This document shows positions 28,206-37,715 of a DNA stretch of 64,000 nt, one piece after another. Every line of letters begins with the position of its first letter. Position 1 is the stretch's first letter. Both the position numbers and the translations under genes were made by a program. Origin of the DNA: a virus (Duplodnaviria; Caudoviricetes); the IMG/VR virus record IMGVR_UViG_3300020120_000046, positions 720 to 64,719 of that record. The stretch is one strand, 5' to 3'. Below the pieces are notes generated by a model. The model had not been told where the DNA came from. It ran no database searches and saw nothing but the letters and a program-made list of their open reading frames with translations.

Positions 28206-28849
28206 AACATCCTGACCTTGATCGTTCCCTGCGTCTTACGGTAATCCGACAGGGAGGTCTTCATGCCGGCATCCACAAGCGCAGCGCTAAGCCCGGCTCC
28301 GCTTGTCCGGCGCATCGAGTAGCTATAGGCTCCAATCGATTCTGACGCGAGCGTGGCTGACATTGTCGGTGTCGATAGCTCCGAGATAATGGCAGTACAG
28401 AGGACGGCCACAACGTCATCCGGGGATTCGACATAGCCGTGCGATCCCACAACCCGGAAGGACCCGCCCCACCAGAGCGTTTCCTCGTACCAGAATTCAG
28501 GCAGGTTAATGATCCCGGACTGGGACGGGTTCATTACGGTGATTGTATCAATGTCATCGAAGTGATACCAGGTAACCGGGATATCAGGAATCCCAGGGAC
28601 CCCAGAGAGCGCGAGGACGGAATCCACAGAAGCCACGGGCCTCCAGGGAAGGACAATGATGCCGCCGTCCGCGTGAATGGTAATTGTGTCGGCACTGTAC
28701 CAGGTAAAGTCCTCGCGGCAGTAGCGCCGGATGATTGCTGAGCCGTCGCGGAGGAGTGCGTCAACGCGCGCCATTTCCGTCTGGTTCAGGTTGCGGCCTA
28801 GCCTCGCCACGATATCATCCGGCGAGGCGAGGCTAGGCAGCGAGCCCAT
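28043..28849 (-). CDS. head-to-tail adaptor (reads ~54 codons into the next gene)
   Basis: LASPDDIVARLGR.L...E..RV..LL.D.S, ESIGAYSYS; no stop at the ATGTTATGCC junction. Confidence 0.8.
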   Translation of the reverse strand: MGSLPSLASPDDIVARLGRNLNQTEMARVDALLRDGSAIIRRYCREDFTWYSADTITIHADGGIIVLPWRPVASVDSVLALSGVPGIPDIPVTWYHFDDIDTITVMNPSQSGIINLPEFWYEETLWWGGSFRVVGSHGYVESPDDVVAVLCTAIISELSTPTMSATLASESIGAYSYSMRRTSGAGLSAALVDAGMKTSLSDYRKTQGTIKVRMLCRLPTARRSRSGDDPSPVRTATATIPTHLWRRISLPARYSPEGAARNSSLPTG

Positions 28850-28858
28850 GAGACCTCC

Positions 28859-30046
28859 CTACTTGGTAGACCGGCCGGAGGACCTGCGGCTGGAGCCGGA
28901 GTCGTCCTCGTCATCGGAACTGGAGGCGACGGCCTGACGTTCCTCTTCTGCCTTCTGCCTTTCTTCAAGAATGGTCCGCTCCCAATCCGATCGCGTCATG
29001 ACGACCTCACCGCCTTCAGCTGACGCGAGAGCCGGAGTTGAGGTCGGGTAGGCCTGCTTGACGTCAATGGCGCCCGTAGCCGGAGGCGTGGTGCCGACGC
29101 CAAGGACCGCGCCGAACGGCCAGCGGGCCGTAATCGCGGAGCCGGGCTGCATGACTGTGACCGGGTTGACGGTCGCGTAGGCGAGGCGCATCGTCATCCG
29201 CATCGCCACGGAGTCCTGCTGCATCAGGTTGAGGATAACGACTCCGGCGTCATTCGAGATCACGCCCTGGTCGAACATCTTGAAGCTGATGTCGCGCCGG
29301 ACGCCGATGATCGACTTGGAGAAGTCGCCACCGAGCATGATTGCGCCCGTGGTCGGCATAACCCACGAGCCGTTCTTGATCTCCGGGAGCGGGTAGCCGT
29401 AGAGCGTCCCGCCCGGCCCACCGGACATATCCGGCTGGTAGATCGGGATGCCCTGCGCGGAGCGGAGGCCGGAGAGCTTCCACTTCATCCCCGGCATAGC
29501 CGCGAAGCCATCCAGGGTGTAGCCGGACTGGGACATCGTCAGGCCGAGCGCGGAAACGTCCTGGCCCAGGTCCACGCCTGTGCCTTCGATCACAGAGTGG
29601 CCGGACTTGGTTGCGCCGACGAATACCGACTCACCCCAGGTAGAAGGCTTGTTGATGCCCCACAAGACGGCCGAGTCGATAAGCGCGCCCACGGCCTCCG
29701 TAATGCGGGGCTTGACCTGTTCCCACAGCGGCACGTCCGCGTCGTCCAGGTACGCCTCCGGGATCGGGACGATACAGGCCAGCTCTTCCACGACCATGAC
29801 GACGTTCTTCCACGCCTGGTTGGAAGTCTGCTTCATGCCGGTGTCGCCGCCAACCCAGTAGGCGACCGGAAGAACGTCAAGAACCGGGAGCCGCTGGGTG
29901 TGGGATGAAAGGATGGTACGCCCCATGAGGGAGAGCGCGGCCGAAGCCTGGGGCGCTTCCTGAATGATCTCCGATGCGAGCGGCTGCGGGACAAGCGGGT
30001 CAACTCCGGCCGCTGTGCGGACGATGCCCGTATTGTAAGTCGGCAC
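28859..30046 (-). CDS. major capsid protein (HK97 fold) with ~75 aa C-terminal extension
   Basis: PVAYWVG, EELACIVPIPE, GDFSK...GVRRDI, NLMQQD.VA.R. Confidence 0.92.
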   Translation of the reverse strand: MPTYNTGIVRTAAGVDPLVPQPLASEIIQEAPQASAALSLMGRTILSSHTQRLPVLDVLPVAYWVGGDTGMKQTSNQAWKNVVMVVEELACIVPIPEAYLDDADVPLWEQVKPRITEAVGALIDSAVLWGINKPSTWGESVFVGATKSGHSVIEGTGVDLGQDVSALGLTMSQSGYTLDGFAAMPGMKWKLSGLRSAQGIPIYQPDMSGGPGGTLYGYPLPEIKNGSWVMPTTGAIMLGGDFSKSIIGVRRDISFKMFDQGVISNDAGVVILNLMQQDSVAMRMTMRLAYATVNPVTVMQPGSAITARWPFGAVLGVGTTPPATGAIDVKQAYPTSTPALASAEGGEVVMTRSDWERTILEERQKAEEERQAVASSSDDEDDSGSSRRSSGRSTK

Positions 30047-30117
30047 TAAATGCCTTTCCGCGCAAGCGCGGGATTAAGCGCCTGCGGCTAGTCTCTCTGA
30101 TAGAGGGACCGGAACCA

Positions 30118-30699
30118 CTAATCAGAGGTCCGGGGCTCTTGCGTCCCGGACGGAGCGGAACCAGCTCTCATGGACTCAACCGGGCGTGCACCGTTCCGGC
30201 CCGTGCCTGGCTGCTGGAGAGACTGTTCAGTCCGCTCCCGTACGATCTGATCGGCTAGCTCTGTGGCTCTCGTTTCGATCGCCGCAGCAATAGCGGCTGC
30301 CCTGTCATTGATCTCCTCGTCCGTTCCGGTCCCGAGGAAATCAATAAGCTCTGTAGGCAGGTCATTCGTAGCGGCGGCCATAATCCGCGCGTGGTCGGCT
30401 CGCGCCTCGTCCCGCTCGCGCTTGGCCTCGTCCCGTTCGGCCTGGGCTTTCTCCAGGTCGGTCATTCCTTGCTTCTTCAGTTCCGCGAGTTCCTTTGCGG
30501 CCCTGGAATTCTCCCGCGCCCGGCTCTCATTCTTCCGGGCCATTTCCTTCCAGTGAGCTAGCTCAGCGGCGGTATCCGCGCCACCCTCATCCGTTCCGGT
30601 CAGGGTGTCTGAGCCTTCTGGGTCCGTTCCGGTCCCCTGGCTTCCATCATCGAGCTGTGCCGTTCCGGCTCCAGTCGATTCTGGGGCTGCCTCACTCAT
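30118..30699 (-). CDS. capsid scaffolding protein
   Basis: WKEMARKNE.RA.EN, LTDLEKA, LDFLGTGT.EEI; a further WFRSLYQRD follows the TAG. Confidence 0.85.
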   Translation of the reverse strand: MSEAAPESTGAGTAQLDDGSQGTGTDPEGSDTLTGTDEGGADTAAELAHWKEMARKNESRARENSRAAKELAELKKQGMTDLEKAQAERDEAKRERDEARADHARIMAAATNDLPTELIDFLGTGTDEEINDRAAAIAAAIETRATELADQIVRERTEQSLQQPGTGRNGARPVESMRAGSAPSGTQEPRTSD

Positions 30700-30727
30700 C
30701 CGAATTCTCCTTGTACATCTACGCGCG

Positions 30728-30733
30728 ATTATA
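30728..30733 (-). promoter_or_regulatory. -10 box TATAAT upstream of the scaffold/capsid operon
   Basis: GGTG-TATAAT 29 nt upstream of the scaffold ATG. Confidence 0.55.
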
Positions 30734-30759
30734 CACCTTATCCGGGCCGTTAGGAAGCC

Positions 30760-31026
30760 CTACCCTTTGTGCTTCGCTTTAGCGGCTGCCTCCTCTACGC
30801 CTGGAGCGTGCCCCGGCCGGGCTCCGGTCGCGCGCTGGTGAAGGTTGGAGCAGAGTCCCTTGACGATTCCGGGACTCACGTATTTGCCAAGCTCCACGAC
30901 GCACCGGTCAAAGTCTCCGGGTACGCCCCAGCGGATCTTTGCGGCTCCGGCTCCGTGGGCCCAGTACTCCATGAGCCTATTGGTGTTCTTGACATCCTTG
31001 GGAGTCGCTTCCCGTCCGGCCGCCAT
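30760..31026 (-). CDS. small conserved actinophage head-associated protein
   Basis: LMEYWAHGAGAAKIRWGVPGDFDRCV.ELGKY...GLCSNLH motif, recalled from actinophage head modules. Confidence 0.65.
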   Translation of the reverse strand: MAAGREATPKDVKNTNRLMEYWAHGAGAAKIRWGVPGDFDRCVVELGKYVSPGIVKGLCSNLHQRATGARPGHAPGVEEAAAKAKHKG

Positions 31027-31352
31027 TATACTGCCTCCACTAGGAGCGGGCCGCAGTTAGCGGTCCGGCGTTTATTGAGGACATCCACACAGTCGACTCG
31101 CCACCAGAATGCCCCGGTAACTCCGGTATCGCCCGCTGGGATATCGAACTGGGCCAATGTCTGGCCCGCGTTGTCAGGGTCCGTCACGATATCAGATTCA
31201 TAGACCTGAACGGACGGGTCCGTGTCCGGTGTAGCCCGGCTGGGCTTTGTATAGAATTCTGAGATCATCCCGGTCCCATCACTGATATCCGGGAACTGGG
31301 CGGTTACGACTACGTCATTCCCACGCGGGAATACGAGGCCGGTCTGATCCAT
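31026..31352 (-). CDS. small beta-rich structural protein (BppU-N-like)
   Basis: FPRGNDVVV..QF, FWWRVD..D...RRT...GPL; TAATG-coupled. Confidence 0.55.
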   Translation of the reverse strand: MDQTGLVFPRGNDVVVTAQFPDISDGTGMISEFYTKPSRATPDTDPSVQVYESDIVTDPDNAGQTLAQFDIPAGDTGVTGAFWWRVDCVDVLNKRRTANCGPLLVEAV

Positions 31353-34126
31353 TAGGTCACCTCCGCGTGGAGACTATCTGTCGTTACTCCTCCGGCCGTC
31401 CGGTCTGTACCGACTCCGGCCGGAGCCGTCCTAACCTTGATACTGGCAGAAATACGGGACACGCCTACCGTGACCCGAGGACCGCTGACAACGAATACGA
31501 TGGCGGTGATCTTGTCCGGTAGGGCTCCGGCGACGAATGCCGTAACGGACCCGTCCGCCTGAGACACGGCGACGGCGAGCCCGGAGAGGATGCTCAGGAC
31601 GGCCACATGGCCATCGGCGCTGGAAGCCGAGAGGCCGGAGCCCGCGAGGACGAACACGGTGGAAACGGCACCTGACGCCGCTGAGCGGGCCGTAGCGGCT
31701 CCGGAGAGGCTTCCGGCGAGTACGACCCTACCGGAGCCGGCAGAGGCCGTTAGGGAGCTTCCAGCGAGGACTCCAGTCAGCCCCATCGTCCCGGCCGCGA
31801 GCGAGGCCACGACGGACGAGCCAGCCAGCGGCCAGGTTATCGCTCCGGTCTGGATTGCTACCGCGCCGGACCCGGCCGAGGACGAGGCCGCAGAGCCCGC
31901 AATAACTGCCGTCCGGGTTATGGCCCCGGACGCAGAAGCCTGGGCCGTAGCGGAGCCGGAGACGGCTTCCCTGAGCGCTACGGTCCCGGCCGCAGAAGAG
32001 GCCGATGACGCTGAGCCGGCCAGGGCTCCGTTGAGGCTCAGCGTCCCAGAGGCGGATGAGACCGGCAGGGAGGTCCCAGCCACTGGGTAGGTCTGGGCTC
32101 CGCTAACGATCGCGAGCGAGCCGGACCCTTGAGACGTGGTGGCGGATGCTCCCACCATTTGGGAGACGGTGCCCAGCGTTCCTGTAGCTGAGCTAGCCGA
32201 GGCAGAGGAACCCGCCACCACGCCGATCTGTCCCACAGCGCCATTAGCCGCTGAGGAAGCAATTGAGGAACCCGATATCAGGGCCGTCCGGGCAATGGTA
32301 CCATTAGCCGCAGACGCGGACGGAGCCGAACCCGCAACGATCCCGTTGAGGCCCATCGTGCCGTTCGCGGACGAGGCGGACGGAGCAGAAGCCGTAACCA
32401 CCATTGTCTGGACGATGGCCCCGGAGGCCGGAGCCGAATTCAGCGCGAGGCTTGATATCAGGGCCGTCCGGGTTACCGTCCCGGCCGCACTAGACGAGGA
32501 CGCTCCGGAGCCCGTCACGACCAGCGGGCTGAAGTTGCCCGTGGCCGAGGAGGACGCAGGAGCCGAGCCCGCAATTATGGCGGTCCGGGTAATGGTCCCG
32601 TTCCCGGCCGACGCGGACGGAGCCGAGCCCGCGATGACCGTGTTCCAGGTAATCGTCCCAGAGCCGGACGAGGACGAGGGAGCCGAGCCCACAAGCGCGC
32701 CAAGGGTGCTGAGCGTCCCGCTCGCCGTCGCGGCCGATGCGCCGGAGCCCGACAGCTGGATTGTCTGCTGAATCAGGACGCCAAGCGTATGGCTTGTGAC
32801 GGACGAGAAACAGGTCATATTCGGAGCCGTACCCATAAGCCCGGACGCCATTCCCGACCCATACATAAACGGGTTGGCATTCGAGTCCATAATGCCGTCA
32901 AAGCCAGCCGGTACAAATACTTTGTATGGGGCTCCGGCCGGCACACGAGCCCGGCCGAGGAATATGTCATTGGCAAGAGAGGCCGTCAGGGCATTCCAGC
33001 TAATGGCCGTGGAGGCCGTCGTATTGTTCTTGCTTGACTGCTGGGTGCCGTCCCGCGCGAACGTCGATGGATAGCCATTGTAGAATTCAGCAAAGGTCGT
33101 GTCACAGCTAGTGGAGCCAATAGCAGCGCTATAGGTAAAGTTGAGGGTTGTTGCCCCGGTCCCGGTCGATACGCCAATCCAGATATCCTGGGTATGCGGA
33201 GTGCCATTCGTGTCCGTATAGGGACCGGCGACCTTAGTCCAGCCGGAGGTAATCGCAGCCGTATCCGACACGCCGCTCATATTGATCGTACCGCTAGCGG
33301 TCTTATGCGCGACGGCCAGGAGCGAGCCGACGTTGCCTACCTGGACCCCAAGCGTTCCCTGACCGGAGGACCGCGAGACAGAATATGGGTAAGCGACAGG
33401 ACTAATCAGTCCGGCCGGAGGAGTCGTGGACCCGCTCTTCCAGCCCATTATGACGCCGCAGTAAACAATGTTAGACGGGAAGGTACAGCTTGAGGTATCA
33501 GTAAAGACTCCGGCCGTCGAGACTCCGGTGCCATTTGTGGTTGGCGTCAGGTGAGAGGATACAAAGTGCTGGCTCTGGGAGAAGAATGTATCCGACTGGC
33601 CTATGCCAGTCATATTGGAACTCTTGCTGAAGGTACAGGTTCCGGCCGTAGTCATCCAGGTCGCATAGGCCGAGATAATTACTTCATTGGCATCGGTTGG
33701 GGCGGCTGTAGTCGCGACGGACAGCGAGGTCTTACTGGCCGCCGTAGTCCCGCCGCTAAGCGTCCCGCTGATCTCGGGTATCTCGGAGGCCGCGTTGAAT
33801 ATCTCATAGACGATCGTCTGGCCGGTCCAGCTCGCATTGTAGGTAAAGCTGGGAGCGGGCTCAGAGGCTCCGGCTATCTTGGTCCAGACCGCAAGCCCGA
33901 TCGTACTGGCCGTATTGGCCGCATCATTGCCGACCTGGAAACGGCGGGTCCAGCCGGAGGTCCCGGCGTTCTGAGCCGTGTTAAAAGCTCCGGACGTACC
34001 AAAGCCGGCCATTACGATTGCTACCAGCAGATTACCTGCGGTTGGGGATGGGCCATAGTTGACCGATCCAGGGCTTGTTCCTCGCGCCCCAGCACCCCAG
34101 CCGATAACCTGCTGATAGTAGACCAT
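31352..34126 (-). CDS. 924 aa Ser/Ala/Gly/Thr-rich fibre-like virion protein in the head module
   Basis: Two lectin-like N-terminal domains followed by about 20 copies of a 20-aa repeat. Confidence 0.7.
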   Translation of the reverse strand: MVYYQQVIGWGAGARGTSPGSVNYGPSPTAGNLLVAIVMAGFGTSGAFNTAQNAGTSGWTRRFQVGNDAANTASTIGLAVWTKIAGASEPAPSFTYNASWTGQTIVYEIFNAASEIPEISGTLSGGTTAASKTSLSVATTAAPTDANEVIISAYATWMTTAGTCTFSKSSNMTGIGQSDTFFSQSQHFVSSHLTPTTNGTGVSTAGVFTDTSSCTFPSNIVYCGVIMGWKSGSTTPPAGLISPVAYPYSVSRSSGQGTLGVQVGNVGSLLAVAHKTASGTINMSGVSDTAAITSGWTKVAGPYTDTNGTPHTQDIWIGVSTGTGATTLNFTYSAAIGSTSCDTTFAEFYNGYPSTFARDGTQQSSKNNTTASTAISWNALTASLANDIFLGRARVPAGAPYKVFVPAGFDGIMDSNANPFMYGSGMASGLMGTAPNMTCFSSVTSHTLGVLIQQTIQLSGSGASAATASGTLSTLGALVGSAPSSSSGSGTITWNTVIAGSAPSASAGNGTITRTAIIAGSAPASSSATGNFSPLVVTGSGASSSSAAGTVTRTALISSLALNSAPASGAIVQTMVVTASAPSASSANGTMGLNGIVAGSAPSASAANGTIARTALISGSSIASSAANGAVGQIGVVAGSSASASSATGTLGTVSQMVGASATTSQGSGSLAIVSGAQTYPVAGTSLPVSSASGTLSLNGALAGSASSASSAAGTVALREAVSGSATAQASASGAITRTAVIAGSAASSSAGSGAVAIQTGAITWPLAGSSVVASLAAGTMGLTGVLAGSSLTASAGSGRVVLAGSLSGAATARSAASGAVSTVFVLAGSGLSASSADGHVAVLSILSGLAVAVSQADGSVTAFVAGALPDKITAIVFVVSGPRVTVGVSRISASIKVRTAPAGVGTDRTAGGVTTDSLHAEVT
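31530..32765 (-). repeat. 20-aa protein tandem repeat ([LIV]xGSxxSxSxAxG[TS][LIV]xxxxx) x ~20
   Basis: e.g. IAGSAPSASAGNGTITRTAI / VAGSAPSASAANGTIARTAL / IAGSAASSSAGSGAVAIQTG. Confidence 0.8.
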
Positions 34127-34410
34127 TAGGCCAGCCTAAGCGGAGTCCAGTCAATCCGCCTGATCCGGGCCTGGGAGACTCCTCCCCGGCGAGCGCAGTC
34201 GTGACAGGTAGCTCCCCCGCAGGCGACGATCGCCGCGTGAATGCCACAGAGCCAGATCTCCCTGGCGTGGCTCGGAATGCCACAGCTCCGCTCATAGAGG
34301 CTCGCCGGAGTCGCGCCGCAGACCGTCTCGTCCTTTCCATTCAAGGCCCCACAGGGATGCGCGCGAGCCACCCGGAGGTCCGGGACAAGCGGACTTATGG
34401 GGTGATCCAT
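34126..34410 (-). CDS. Cys/His-rich small protein
   Basis: Start 1 nt after the upstream stop; 7 Cys including CHDC and WLCGIH. Confidence 0.55.
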   Translation of the reverse strand: MDHPISPLVPDLRVARAHPCGALNGKDETVCGATPASLYERSCGIPSHAREIWLCGIHAAIVACGGATCHDCARRGGVSQARIRRIDWTPLRLA

Positions 34411-34411
34411 C

Positions 34412-34876
34412 TCACACCTGGCAGAGGAACCCGATACCAGCCGACCCAGTACCAGCTGCCGCCTGGAGGCTGTCACCGATGGCCGGAGTCCGCGAGGACG
34501 CGAGGAGGAACGCCGCAATCGCATTTGCGGACGTACCAGAGGCTGCGTCACAGACGATCCCCCAGTTACAGGTTCCGGGAGCGCTCGTGAATGGGCCCCA
34601 GGTAAGCTGGGCCGAATTGTAGATGACGGATGGTGAGGCCGAGGTCGCGAGCGACGGCCCATAAGACTGGCGCGCGTAGCCGGAAGCCGTTGCGTACTCA
34701 TTGATAGACGTACCGGCCATAGTCAGGTCCGTCGAATTGAGGACCCCAGATGTGGCGGCTGTCGAGAGCGCCATGTAGACGGCGGCTGCGGCCGGGCTCT
34801 GCGTCTTACGGAATACGGCTTCAAGAGCCTGCTTCTCTCCGTACTGCATAAGCTGGCCGGCTGAGAGTAGTGGCAT
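34412..34876 (-). CDS. virion structural protein, 'GYARQ' fibre-base-like family
   Basis: YMALST...NEYATASGYARQ...N...TWGP...GT..WG.VCDA.SG...GDSL. Confidence 0.65.
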   Translation of the reverse strand: MPLLSAGQLMQYGEKQALEAVFRKTQSPAAAAVYMALSTAATSGVLNSTDLTMAGTSINEYATASGYARQSYGPSLATSASPSVIYNSAQLTWGPFTSAPGTCNWGIVCDAASGTSANAIAAFLLASSRTPAIGDSLQAAAGTGSAGIGFLCQV

Positions 34877-34885
34877 TGTCTCCTC

Positions 34886-35155
34886 CTAGACTCGCGTGAA
34901 ATTCGACGCGAAGTAATCCGGGTCTATCGCGGTAATGCGGCCGATGCCTAGGTCATCGACCCAGGCGACAAGATGCCAGCCGGCATCGTCATCTTCCATG
35001 TACTGGACCACAGCTCCGTTCTTAAGGTCTAGCGCATGCATTTCAGCCGATAGCTCCTCACCCTTAGCCGCATGACCGTAGCCGGTCCCGGCCGGGTTAT
35101 CGTGCATGAACTCGTCTCCGGGCTCTACGGCCGGAGCTTGTGGCTCTTCAGTCAT
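34886..35155 (-). CDS. small protein, paralog of 12719-12964
   Basis: HALDLKNGAVV...WHLVAWVDDLGIGRITAIDPDYFASNFTRV. Confidence 0.65.
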   Translation of the reverse strand: MTEEPQAPAVEPGDEFMHDNPAGTGYGHAAKGEELSAEMHALDLKNGAVVQYMEDDDAGWHLVAWVDDLGIGRITAIDPDYFASNFTRV

Positions 35156-35162
35156 AATGCGC

Positions 35163-35420
35163 TCACTTCCAGCTATCTGGGATATCAGCCATCCATCCAC
35201 GGGCCTTAGCAACCCGCTTTATGTAGGCGCGTATCTTCGCGTGCTCCTCTTCAGTATTGGGCCGGGCTCGCCCGACGGCCTTGATTGCCGATGCTAGTGA
35301 GTTATCTCCAGTCCTCCTCTCAATGGGGAATCGCGGTGCGTCCGACTGGTTCTGACTTGACGGAGGGAGTGCCCGGCCTTGCCGCTGGAGCCGCTTCCTC
35401 TTTTCCAGGTCCGTTGCCAT
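35163..35420 (-). CDS. DUF6582-like small head-associated protein
   Basis: FPI....L..AI.AVGRA...IR.YI.R.A...G....IPDSW. Confidence 0.6.
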   Translation of the reverse strand: MATDLEKRKRLQRQGRALPPSSQNQSDAPRFPIERRTGDNSLASAIKAVGRARPNTEEEHAKIRAYIKRVAKARGWMADIPDSWK

Positions 35421-36162
35421 TCTGGCTCTCCCAGTACTTGTTCCATTGAGCTACTGCGGCCTTGCCACGGAATCCTCGCGTCTCACGGCCCCAGGCATCA
35501 GACAATTCCGCGTTGATAGACGTCTGCCCCCGGAATACCGGCCGCGCGACGCACCGGCAATGATCGTGCGCCCGGAACCCCACAGAGGCTTCTGTATAGA
35601 CTCCTCCGCGCCCGGCCAGCATAGCGCAGAAGCCACAGGAGCCCGGAGTCAGGACCCGCTCCCAGCCGGTCGCCTCTGGGTCCTGCGTCGCGGCCCTGGT
35701 AATCGTCTCGCGCCCACCGAGCAGGACCATCCGGGTACCGGCTCCCCGGAGCCCATCCCGCGCCATCCCTGAAGCCTGGGCGGGCTCCGCGTCCTTAAGG
35801 TAATGGTGATACATCCCGGAGCCCATTGAGCCAACTACGCGAGCGAGGTACTCAGGGTCCAGGTCCGCGCCCGGAACCGGAGCGGGACGGAATCCCGCCA
35901 CGAGCCGGGCAGCCCCATAATACTGCGCGGCCTCCGCAGCCGTCATATCATAGTGGGTGGCAATAACTCCCTGGACTAGCGGGTTAAGCGCATTCCAGGA
36001 TTCCGCAAACTGCTCCGGGGCAATATAGCGGTTCCATAGGTTTACGATCGCCATGGCCGCCCGGACCGCAATAGCCTCCTGACGCTGCCGGTAGCGCGAC
36101 AGGAGGAGTCCGCTGGCCGCCTTGCGGGGAACCGGGAGGCCCGGAATCAGAGGCGTGCTCAC
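35320..36162 (-). CDS. MuF-like minor capsid / 'capsid maturation' protein
   Basis: GWERV....SCGFCAMLAGRGGVY, FRAHDHCRC..RPVF; follows the portal. Confidence 0.8.
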   Translation of the reverse strand: MSTPLIPGLPVPRKAASGLLLSRYRQRQEAIAVRAAMAIVNLWNRYIAPEQFAESWNALNPLVQGVIATHYDMTAAEAAQYYGAARLVAGFRPAPVPGADLDPEYLARVVGSMGSGMYHHYLKDAEPAQASGMARDGLRGAGTRMVLLGGRETITRAATQDPEATGWERVLTPGSCGFCAMLAGRGGVYTEASVGFRAHDHCRCVARPVFRGQTSINAELSDAWGRETRGFRGKAAVAQWNKYWESQNGNGPGKEEAAPAARPGTPSVKSEPVGRTAIPH

Positions 36163-37715
36163 GGCGGGCTCGCCGGAGCCGGGATGGCCGGCCTCGCCGG
36201 AGCCCTAGGAAGCCCGGAGGCGGCCGGAGCGGGTCCGGGGTTACCCGGAGTCCCGGAACCGGGCGGGAGGCCCGGAGCGGGCTCCTGGCTCGCGGCTACG
36301 GCCTGCTGAACGAGTGCCCGTGCCTCCTCGCGCTGTTTCGCGAGCCGCCAGGCCGCTACGTCGTCAGCGGTCACTCCCGGAATGCGGGCCCATAGCTCCT
36401 GCTCCGGGACCCCAAGCATCTGGGCAGCCTTAGTGAGTCCGTCTATCGTAGCACCGAATGCCCTGGCGCTCGTGTCCCGCCAGAGGACCGTCCCGAACAA
36501 GTCATTCCAGCCTTCCTTGTCACCCTGGGCGAGCGAGGCTAGCCGGAACACATTCCGCCAGGGATCGGTCAGGAGTGCCTGGAGTTCTTCAATCTTCCGG
36601 TCTAGGCCATCGCGGGCAGCGGCTAGGGCCTCCGCGCTTAGGTTGGCGATCTGGCCGAGGAGGTGATATGGCGGGACCTGGGAGATTGTCGACATATGCC
36701 GGATACCGTCCTCGCGGACAGCCGAGTATGGCGCGAGCGCGGTCTCACCGAATTCGCCAAACTTAGTCCCGGCATCCTCAGCCGCCCAGACCCGGTCAAT
36801 ACCCGGCCGGAACGGGGCCTGCTCGCGGCCTTCCTCATCGACTGGCGCCATACCGGATACCCAGCGCTGCCGGAACGCGGCGAACTGCTCCGAGATCATT
36901 AGGTTGAACGTAGTCGAGTTAATCTGATCCTGGAGCGGCATTAGTGGCTCGACTTCCCCAGAGCAGTCGTCCTCGCCGTCAAGGTCGGCCTCATAGAGGA
37001 ACCGGACCACAGGACAGATACCAAGGTCGTGCGAGCTAACCGGAGCCTGGCCGCTTAGAAGCGGGTCCTCCGGGTCCGCTAGCTCCAGGTTAAGCTGGGT
37101 CCTTCCTCCGGCCTGGCTTGACAGGATATAGCGCTTGTTCTCGTCATAGACGGAAACGTATACCATTGACTTCTGACGCGGGAGGTCTACCATCCGGACC
37201 TCTATTGCGAACTGCGGCCATTCGTCATCCACATCATCCGCATAGAAGGCCGTCATCCGCCGTGGGCTTACGGGCCGGATTACCGGGACGCTGTCACCCT
37301 GGCGTTCCTCGTCCGTCGCCATCTGGCCCGGAAGCACAACCGCGTACGCGGAGCCGTACTTGATAACGGAGCGGTGGACTCCGTGCTGACGGCTTATCAT
37401 CCGGTTCGCACGGAAGGCATCCCATTCGGGCTCCGGCCTCTGCGGGCCCAGGGCCTGGTTCGCCGTTGAGCCAGTCGGCCGGTACCCGTCCACATGAAGG
37501 TTCTGACTCACAACTGAGATTACAAGCCGGAGGAAGTTCCGCTTGGCCTTCTTAGCAATCCACCTGTACTCTGCGTTAACTCCCTTGGGCGTATAGGGCC
37601 GGTCCTGCTTGCCCCTGACGTAGTCGCTGATCCGCTCCAGACGACGCTGCTCCTGCTCCCGCTCAAGCATGGCCGAGGTCGCGAGCTGAGTTAGTTCACC
37701 CTGATTGATTATCAA
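36159..37715 (-). CDS. portal protein (SPP1 gp6-like)
   Basis: NFLRLVI..VSQNL.VDGY, AFRQRWVSG, GEFGET, NLSAEAL; follows TerL. Confidence 0.9.
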   Translation of the reverse strand: MIINQGELTQLATSAMLEREQEQRRLERISDYVRGKQDRPYTPKGVNAEYRWIAKKAKRNFLRLVISVVSQNLHVDGYRPTGSTANQALGPQRPEPEWDAFRANRMISRQHGVHRSVIKYGSAYAVVLPGQMATDEERQGDSVPVIRPVSPRRMTAFYADDVDDEWPQFAIEVRMVDLPRQKSMVYVSVYDENKRYILSSQAGGRTQLNLELADPEDPLLSGQAPVSSHDLGICPVVRFLYEADLDGEDDCSGEVEPLMPLQDQINSTTFNLMISEQFAAFRQRWVSGMAPVDEEGREQAPFRPGIDRVWAAEDAGTKFGEFGETALAPYSAVREDGIRHMSTISQVPPYHLLGQIANLSAEALAAARDGLDRKIEELQALLTDPWRNVFRLASLAQGDKEGWNDLFGTVLWRDTSARAFGATIDGLTKAAQMLGVPEQELWARIPGVTADDVAAWRLAKQREEARALVQQAVAASQEPAPGLPPGSGTPGNPGPAPAASGLPRAPARPAIPAPASPP

